From: the human T2T-CHM13v2.0 reference genome, Homo sapiens
Assembly (NCBI RefSeq): GCF_009914755.1
Contig: NC_060934.1
Length of the DNA stretch: 64,000 nt
Strand: one strand, 5' to 3'
Part shown: in pieces, positions 59,045 to 64,000 of the stretch
Numbering within the stretch: the stretch's first letter is position 1
Layout: each line of letters begins with the position of its first letter
Program-made: the position numbers and the translations under genes
Notes under the pieces: model-generated
Told to the model about the DNA's origin: nothing
Databases searched by the model: none
Seen by the model: only the letters and a program-made list of their open reading frames with translations

Positions 59045-60967
59045 AGGTCCTTGTGGGAGGGTCTGGGGACCAGCACCCAGTGCACTTTGGGATAAAACTT
59101 CTTTGAAAATTTTCTCGCCCTTTTCTGGCATCATGGACCCTCCCCAAAGACTGAAAGCCACCACAGTGAAGGAGAATCACCAATGATCGGGGCTCATCCT
59201 GGAGCCCCTTCCTCCCAAAGTGGCAGAACCATGTCCAGGAAGGAGCCAAGGGGTGCTGGGCTCCCCCACCACGGCCCCACCCTTGCCCTCCCTTCCTCCA
59301 CAGCCTCCCCTCCACAGACAGCCAGGGACATGGCCAAAATGGGGATCCCTCTCATCTGGCAGTTTCAATTCTGTTCCCATGGAAACTGCTATCTGAATGT
59401 GGGCAAGAAAGAGGAGCCATATTCTTTAAAATAACAATCGCTCGGAAACTTTCATGGGCCTGTGTTTTCAGTTACCCGTGGTTTCCATGGAAACTCAAGC
59501 CAAAAACAGAGCTAAATAAAGAAGGCACTGGGTTTCCCCTGCTACCAGCCCCCCGGGGAACTGTGGAAAGCCACAGCCCTGCCCCACAGGGAGTTGCTCA
59601 CCACTGCTGTACAAGGATGCAGGACCAGCCCTCCCAAATCAGCCACGGGGCTGCCTTCCTCCTAAGCGCATATGGGTGTGGGAGACGCAGAGAGGGAGGG
59701 AAGGAGAGGGGCCACAGCTGCTTCCTGTCCCTGCAATCAGCCTCTCCTACCCCAGACTCACATGGGGAAGGCACACTGGGCTGTGGGTGCCCCAGGCCGC
59801 CCATGCCGGCAGAGGTCACTCACTGGGGGGTTAAGGGCCCATCTCAGCATAGTCAAGGCTACCTCACCGCTCCCCTTTTCTGAAAGTCGCCATGGGGCAG
59901 GGAGGGATCTGCAGCAGGCGGGGAGGCCTCTGGTGGAGGGCATGTAAGCCAGGCCAGCATCTCCCGGACAGCCCTGCACAGTGAGCCGAGCATGGGCTTG
60001 CTTTGACAGGCTCTTGCTGCTGCCCAGAGACCTTGTCCAAGAGCTCCTACACTGAGGGCTGCGGACCCCATGTCTGCTTTCCACCGAGGAAGTGCTTGGG
60101 AAATACCCAGGAAACGGACAGCACAGAAAATCCCCTGAAGATGCGACATGCAGGGGCCCCCGTTGCTTCTCCAGCTGCAGTTCCCGAGAAGAGGCTGGTT
60201 GTGCAGGAGCCAGGGCAGCTGGGGCCCCCTGGCCAACTCGCTGCCGTCCTGCGCAGAACACTGGCTCAGCAGCCAGACGCAGCCTACCCTGGCGGCCCTG
60301 CCCGGCCTGAAAGGAAAGTCATCTGCACATTCTCTCGCATCCTACCTGCTTTCTCTTTCTTCTTCCGTTTAAACAACGCTCAGGACACCGGCTAGACCGT
60401 GTTTTCTTTTGTTTTGTTTGTTTTTTCTTTTAATAATGTCTACATTCCTTAAAGCAGTGCTTTTATCTCAAAGCAACTGGACACGTGGTTACGTTACTCT
60501 CAATTTCCTGCCACCATCATCACATTTGAAAGATGCTGGAGTCATGAGCCTGTGAACTCTCGTGACACACCCACTCGGGTGCTGGAGTCATGAGCTGGTG
60601 AACCCCTGGGACACGTCCACATGGATGCTTCTCAGCTCTCACCCCTTCAGTGCCAGATCTGTGCTGGGCCCTCTTCTGCAGGGCCTCAGACTCTGCGTGG
60701 TCCAGAGAGGATGCCGTCATAGCCAAGCTCAGGCGGAGGCCTGGGATCCGTCCCAGCTGCATCCCCCACTGGAAGGAGACAGGTGGGAAACAGGCTCGGC
60801 ACCAGCCTGCCCGACTGCAGAGCAGGAATGCTTTTCCCTGCGGAGAACACTCCTCAGACCTCCACTCTTTCACTAAAATTTGAAGTAAACATCTGTATTT
60901 AACTCATCAAGCCTCGTCACAGACGCTTCACCTTCAGTCTCCCAGGAAGATCCATTTTTGGGGTAAT

Positions 60968-61554
60968 AGGATGGGAAGCACAGGAGGACAGGAGCATGGG
61001 AGCCTGGGGGGACAGGAGTACGGGGGCACGGGAGGACGGGAGCATGGGAGGACGGGAGCATGGGAGGACGGGAGCATGGGAGGACAGGAGCATGAGAGGA
61101 CAGGAGTTTGGGAGGACAGGAGCCTGGGAAGATGGGAGCACAGGGGCCACGGGAGGACACTAAATGGGACAGGAGCACGAGAGGATGGGAGCACAGGAAG
61201 ACGGGAGGATAGGAGCATGGGAGGACAGGAGGATAGGAGCACAGGGGGCATGGGAGGATGAGAGAATGGGAGGATGGGAGCACAGGGGGCATGGGAGGAC
61301 ACTAAATGGGAGGACAGGAACATGAGAAGACAGGAGCACAGGAGGATGGGAGCACAGGGGGCATTGGAGGATGGGAGCATGGGAGGACAGGAGCATGGGG
61401 AATGGGAGCACAGGAGGAATGGGAGAACGGGAGGATGGGAACACAAGAGGACAGGAGCACTGCAGGACGGAAGCACAGGAGGATGGGCGCACGGGAGGAC
61501 AGGAGCCCGGGAGATTGGGAGCACAGGGGCATGGGAGGACGGGAGCACAGGAGG
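60968..61554. repeat. Purine-rich degenerate short-period repeat
   Basis: gggagcatgggaggac(a/g)ggagcac variants; source of the spurious PVL-rich and GxE-rich ORFs. Confidence 0.9.
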
Positions 61555-62236
61555 CTGCCTGCAGTGATTTTGTTATTCCCTTAACTTAAAACCCAGGACG
61601 TGGGACCAGATGTTTGAGAGACACATTAAAACCAGTGAGAATTAAGCATAGGGAGCGTGATCAAAGCTCATGCCTCTCCCAATACCATTTTGGTTCCTAA
61701 CAGTTAGAAACAAAAAGACGTCCCTATTCTGAGGCATGAAGTATGAATGTGAATTTAGATGAAACTTTTAAATTGATCTTAAAGGACAGACAAATGTCAA
61801 TGAACAGCAGAGTTTACAAATTGCAAGACAGAGAAGAAGCTTCACCAGCCTGCAGGAAGATGCCTCGGCAGCGGCGGGAGTGCGTTTCCTGCACGTATTC
61901 ACCCATCACTCATCTTTCATCCGTGCTCCCTGAGCAGGTGCTAAGGCAGAGGGTGCTCGCTCAGGGCGAGAGGCAGGCAGAGGCTGCAGTGCCGGCGGGG
62001 CAGGGTGTGGCTCCTTTGCAGGGCCACGGTGGACAGAGGTGAGGTACCAGGAGGCTTGAAGGAGGGGTGTCTGACCCAGCCCGGGCACCACAGAGGACTG
62101 CCTGGAAGAAGCTACCACTGTGAGCTCTGACAGAAAAGAAGGCCTAGCCCAGAAAAGAGGCAGTGTCGTCGGCAGATCCCAGCCCAGTCAGGCCTGGCGT
62201 CAAGAGATGCCTTCAAGATGTAGGCAGCGTAAAGAC

Positions 62237-62238
<2 letters not shown>

Positions 62239-62271
<33 letters not shown>

Positions 62272-62380
62272 ACACACAACACACAACACATACACAGACA
62301 ACACAACACATACAGACACACACTTATAACATGCACAAACAGCACACACACAACTCCCACACACACATATGGATACATAC
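62239..62380 (+). repeat. (CA)n microsatellite plus degenerate CA tract
   Basis: Pure (ac)n at ~62239-62268 followed by acaacac variants. Confidence 0.95.
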
Positions 62381-62421
62381 AGAGGTGGCTCCAACAGGAT
62401 GGGCTGGCCTGGATCACAGGT

Positions 62422-62563
62422 CTGTGTGCCCTGCGGCGGGGGGAGCCTTGGGCGGCGGACACAGGGTCTTATTCTCCAGCCACCCGGTGCAGTGGGGACT
62501 GTGTGCCCTGCGGCAGGGGGAGCGGCAGACACAGGGTCTCATTCTCCAGCCACCTGGTGCGGC
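62422..62563. repeat. Two-copy 77-bp tandem duplication
   Basis: ctgtgtgccctgcggc...gacacagggtct.attctccagccacc.ggtgc at 62422 and 62499. Confidence 0.9.
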
Positions 62564-62829
62564 GGGTTGGTCCCTGAAGGATGTGTGACCATGGGTTGGG
62601 CTTCCAGGGCTCTCTGCAGGCATCCAGAACAGATCCTCAGGAATGTTCAGCTTCGTATTCCGCCCCCCACCCCCCAAGCCAAAGAGGGGCTGCCGGCTTC
62701 ACCCCACAGGCCCCCTCAGCCCTGACTTCCCACGGGGGCTGCAGCAGGGTTGCCCGGGACGTTGACTCGTGGGTGAAGAACCTGTCCCCGGAACCCCACT
62801 GGGACGCGGCCTTGGCAGAGGACCCTGGA

Positions 62830-63212
62830 CCACTGCTGGGGACAGAGCTGGGGGGAGGGGACAGGGCCATGTGCCCACCGTGGGGGACAGAGCTGGGGGG
62901 AAGGGAAGGGGCCATGTGCCCAAAGCTGTGGACAGGGCTTGGGGGGGATGGGACCATGTGCCCACCACTGGGGACAGAGCTTCTGGGAGGAGACAGGGCT
63001 GCTCCTCCTCCTGCTCCTCCTCCTCCTGCTCCTCCTTCTGCTCCTCCTTCTGCTCCTCCTCCTGCTCCTCCTCCTCCTGCTCCTCCTCCAGCTCCTCCTC
63101 CTCCTGCTCCTCCTTCTGCTCCTCCTTCTGCTCCTTCTTCTGCTCCTCCTCCTATACTTTCTCCTGCTCCTCCTCCTGCTCCTCCCCCTGCTCCCCCTCC
63201 TGCTTCTCCCAT
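62830..63212. repeat. Four-copy ~45-bp G-rich repeat fused to a (CCT)n-based compound microsatellite
   Basis: gggacagagctggggg...gggccatgtgccca x4 (62830-62999), then gctcctcct(cct/tct) repeats (63001-63212). Confidence 0.95.
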
Positions 63213-64000
63213 CCTCCTACATGCTGTGACCAAGCAGACCAGGTTTCACCCGGTCATCCCCAGCCACTGCTATTACTGAACTCACTGAGGGCCTGGAACT
63301 GCAATGAGTGGTCACGGCCCACAGAACAGAAAGGGCCCCTGATACCCACACACTTCCTAGGGATGGAGCAGGGAAAGATATCTTCTTTTACAGCCCTACA
63401 ATATTAATGAGAGTTCTGAGGAACTTTCCCATTTCTCTTAAGGGACGGGCAACCGTCACCCATCAGCACTGCCTCCTCCACCGGGACAGGAGGAGCTGAC
63501 TGCTGGGGGCTTTCAGAGCATCTGCCCCGACAGCCTCCGGGCCCAGCCACCACACCCACCGCCCTCAGCGGCATCCTCCAGTGTTCAACACTGTCCCCAG
63601 CTGAGGCTGAAGGTCCCATCAAAGAGAAATGGAATCCAAGGGCTGGAGAGGGAGGGAAGATGCCGCTGGGACAGCGTGTGAGTGGCCAGCCAGGGGACGC
63701 ACCTCCTGATCCGGCCATACACAAGGCCACCATGGGGTGAAATGAAGGCTAACGTGGCAGTCAGAGCCACGAGTGAGGAGTGGCTCAGCCACGTACAGAC
63801 GGGGTGGTCAAGTTTGAATAACTTGCTAAGAAATGGTAAACCCAACTCAGGAAGTCTAAACCAGGAAGGCAGCTGACATCTAACAGGGCGCTCATGGCGG
63901 GCTCTGTGCCCTCATTTGCTCATCTGTGAAGTGGGGATGAGGATGACAAGCTTGTGGGCTTGGATGGTTGATTCACTTTCTCCAGCTCACACAGGGCACA

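Noticed and set aside
60873-61589. Repetitive PVL/SSHAP ORFs in several frames
   Set aside because: By-product of the purine-rich simple repeat.
62581-63407. Pro/Ala-rich, poly-Leu, poly-Ser and Gly-rich ORFs
   Set aside because: All frames stay open because of the CCT-based repeat; no domain or splice context.

Overview
Human genomic DNA (it carries an L1HS pre-Ta element, which is human-specific). The window is GC-rich, minisatellite-rich and looks distal/subtelomeric. I see no recognisable cellular protein-coding gene, RNA gene or CRISPR array; it reads as intergenic or intronic. The only real protein homology is the C-terminal ~464 aa of LINE-1 ORF2 in a 5'-truncated L1HS pre-Ta insertion (20817-22455) with an intact target-site duplication (TSD). 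The rest is Alu, old L1, L2, MIR, MLT1 and MER elements, a four-level nested L1/Alu block (27.1-38.4 kb) including a twin-primed 5'-inverted L1PA, two homogeneous VNTRs (49 bp x ~25; 34 bp x 20), many nascent tandem duplications, six CA-rich tracts all on the + strand, and a ~0.55-kb segment duplicated 25.5 kb away. The most notable observation is the 49-bp VNTR: it grew out of an old L1 3' UTR, and each unit-unit junction creates a consensus splice donor (CAG|GTGAGT, 24 copies) that a single ancestral unit lacks. Repeat subfamily calls come from remembered consensus sequences, boundaries are approximate, and no previously undescribed system can be established from the sequence alone.
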